Assembly (NCBI GenBank): GCA_008632985.1 | Contig: QPGO01000074.1 | Location: 62,001-126,000, forward strand | Reading direction: 5' to 3' | From: Psammoneis japonica | Taxonomy: Eukaryota | Length of the DNA: 64,000 nt | Shown here: in pieces, positions 62,286 to 64,000 of the stretch | Position numbering within the stretch: the stretch's first letter is position 1 | Layout: the number at the start of each line of letters is the position of its first letter | Notes under the pieces: generated by a model | Told to the model about the DNA's origin: nothing | Databases searched by the model: none | What the model saw: the letters and a program-made list of their open reading frames with translations, nothing else | Translations under genes and position numbers: made by a program

Positions 62286-62717
62286 TGAGAGGAAGCATAC
62301 TTTTGTTCTTTAGACGTTGAAAGCCAAAGTAATGAGCTATAGATACCCGTAGCTTTGCACCGCCACGTGGGCAGAGTGGCGATTGCGTGCCAAACTGGGC
62401 ATTTCGATCGAACTGAGTGAGCGCACTGTTGAAGTCGTCAAGTCTTCCAATGAGCATTTCGCGATTGCTTCCACTTTGGAAGCTAAAGATACAACTTCAA
62501 TAGGTTTGGTGTCAGCGCATAGTTTGCAGTTACCAAGTCCAAAACTTACCCTTGGAGAAGGTGGCCGTGATCCTCTCACTACCTTACGGTATGTTGAGAT
62601 GTCAGTTTGTCCGTGACATTTCTTGAGTCGTGCATGGCACCATATGCGTGTCACGACTGAACAACGGCGGAAGAAAGATCACAGAAACGGAGGATTTCAC
62701 AATATTACAAAAGCATC

Positions 62718-63600
62718 ATGGTCTTCAAGAAAGTTGTGAAACAGGCCAAACAAGGTCTAGTAGTATCGATCTCCTTTGTACTGCTCGCAATCGCACATCG
62801 TCGCCTTCGTCCTGATTTGGATGAACAGACCCATCGTTGGCTATACGAGTCTGACGACAACGACAGCTGCTTGGAAAATGACTATTGCCGATTCGCATTG
62901 GGACTCACCCTCCTTGTCATTACGCCGCTTATCATCTTCTGGAACGAGCACCAACACGTAAAGCTAGAAAATCTCTACATCACAGCGAAACGACATGTAC
63001 AAGACATTCAAAGCCCAAAGATCGCTCCACCCACAACGATGAACGGCAAATTGGTATGCTTCAGCGGAAGACTTCAGGGGGAGACTACGCTTTGCGATGA
63101 CTTGTTTCCTTGTATCAAGGTCGACAGCGCCCTTTTGCTGGTACGTGAAATTGAGATCTATCAGTTCGTTCAGAAGCGCCAAGGCGAAGACGGGTATACG
63201 CTCAAACAGGAGTGGTGCAGACTGCCTCAGCCGGACCCGTCCAAATTCCCCGACAAGAAGAATTTCAATGGCAACTGGGAACTGTTTGCAGACAATGACC
63301 GGTGGTCGACACCGGCCACAAGCTCAACGGCAAGCCCATTCAATTTGGAGATAATGTTGTTGTCTTTCGGGCTCCATCTCCAAGCGTCGGAGCCTTTGCG
63401 ATCCCTCGGGAGCTCATGAATGAAGCCTTTCTTGGCGAGCGCCACGTCCATCGACTGGCCGAGCTTGAATGGATCAAGAGCTCACAAGGAGAATGGTGCG
63501 AGGTGAAATTTTGCTTCAGCCTGAACCCGCAGAGTCTTGAGCTCGTCTCGGAAGGCATTTGTGATTGTCACAATGATGGTGAGTGGAATGGAGGTGGGGC
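62718..63600 (+). CDS. TMEM43/LUMA (DUF1625) family protein; frameshift near 63300, 3' structure unresolved
   Basis: IIFWNE, NGKLVCFSGRL, LVREIEIYQF. Confidence 0.6.
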
Positions 63601-64000
63601 GGCGCGTGTCTTTTCTCGTAATATCGCTTGTGGCACAAAAGCATCTCATATTATGAAGGAAGACACGGGCCGCCCCACTACGTTTTCGAGAACAAACACT
63701 GTACGTTGCTGCATCAGAAATCATGCTGACGCACGCCCTGATTTTCCCTTTCGTCTCTGTTACACATGTAGGTGAATTCATCTATGACGGTGACAAAGAT
63801 CGCATTGGAACAATTCGTTTCAAATGGCACTTTGTAACACCACAGGACCTGACGATTGCAGCGGAGGCCGTCATGCCTGGTCGCCCCTGCACCGCCGGCT
63901 ATGGCAGTAGTGGACGGAACGTCAGAGAGACCGGGGCACTGCGTAAAATGATTATGCAAGATTTATCGTTTGGCTTCCAAGAAAAAAGCCCACTGCTGTT

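Noticed and set aside
53480..63320. Programmed frameshifts in the genes at ~53490, ~62163 and ~63300
   Set aside because: Single-base slips, two in short homopolymers, are more simply assembly indels or pseudogenisation; no slippery-site or pseudoknot evidence.

Overview
Eukaryotic genomic DNA, most likely a (pennate) diatom, judged from short GT-AG introns, a CoDi-type Copia element and a bipartite plastid-type presequence. The window alternates between two kinds of sequence. Ordinary gene islands carry a CR/Crinkler-like NTPase-nuclease, a macro-like hypothetical, a CDPK, threonyl-tRNA synthetase, an F-box protein, a MYND protein, a Tousled-like kinase, an HDAC-family deacetylase, a secreted HYR-like protein and TMEM43. 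Five sharply bounded TE-rich domains (about 1-7.0 kb, 10.5-13.4 kb, 14.6-17.7 kb, 25.85-42.3 kb, 55.0-61.5 kb) have lost almost all TpA dinucleotides. Several duplicated sequences inside the window allow direct edited/unedited comparison and show TA->TG or TA->CA, i.e. A->G on either strand, preferring 5'-TAY-3'. Conserved Tyr residues become Cys/His. The change spreads from TEs into flanking host DNA, spares the euchromatic partner copy, and is partly uncoupled from CpG decay. This is the opposite direction to fungal RIP and looks like an undescribed TE-directed A-to-G hypermutation system. No candidate enzyme is visible in this window. All alignments and counts were done by eye.
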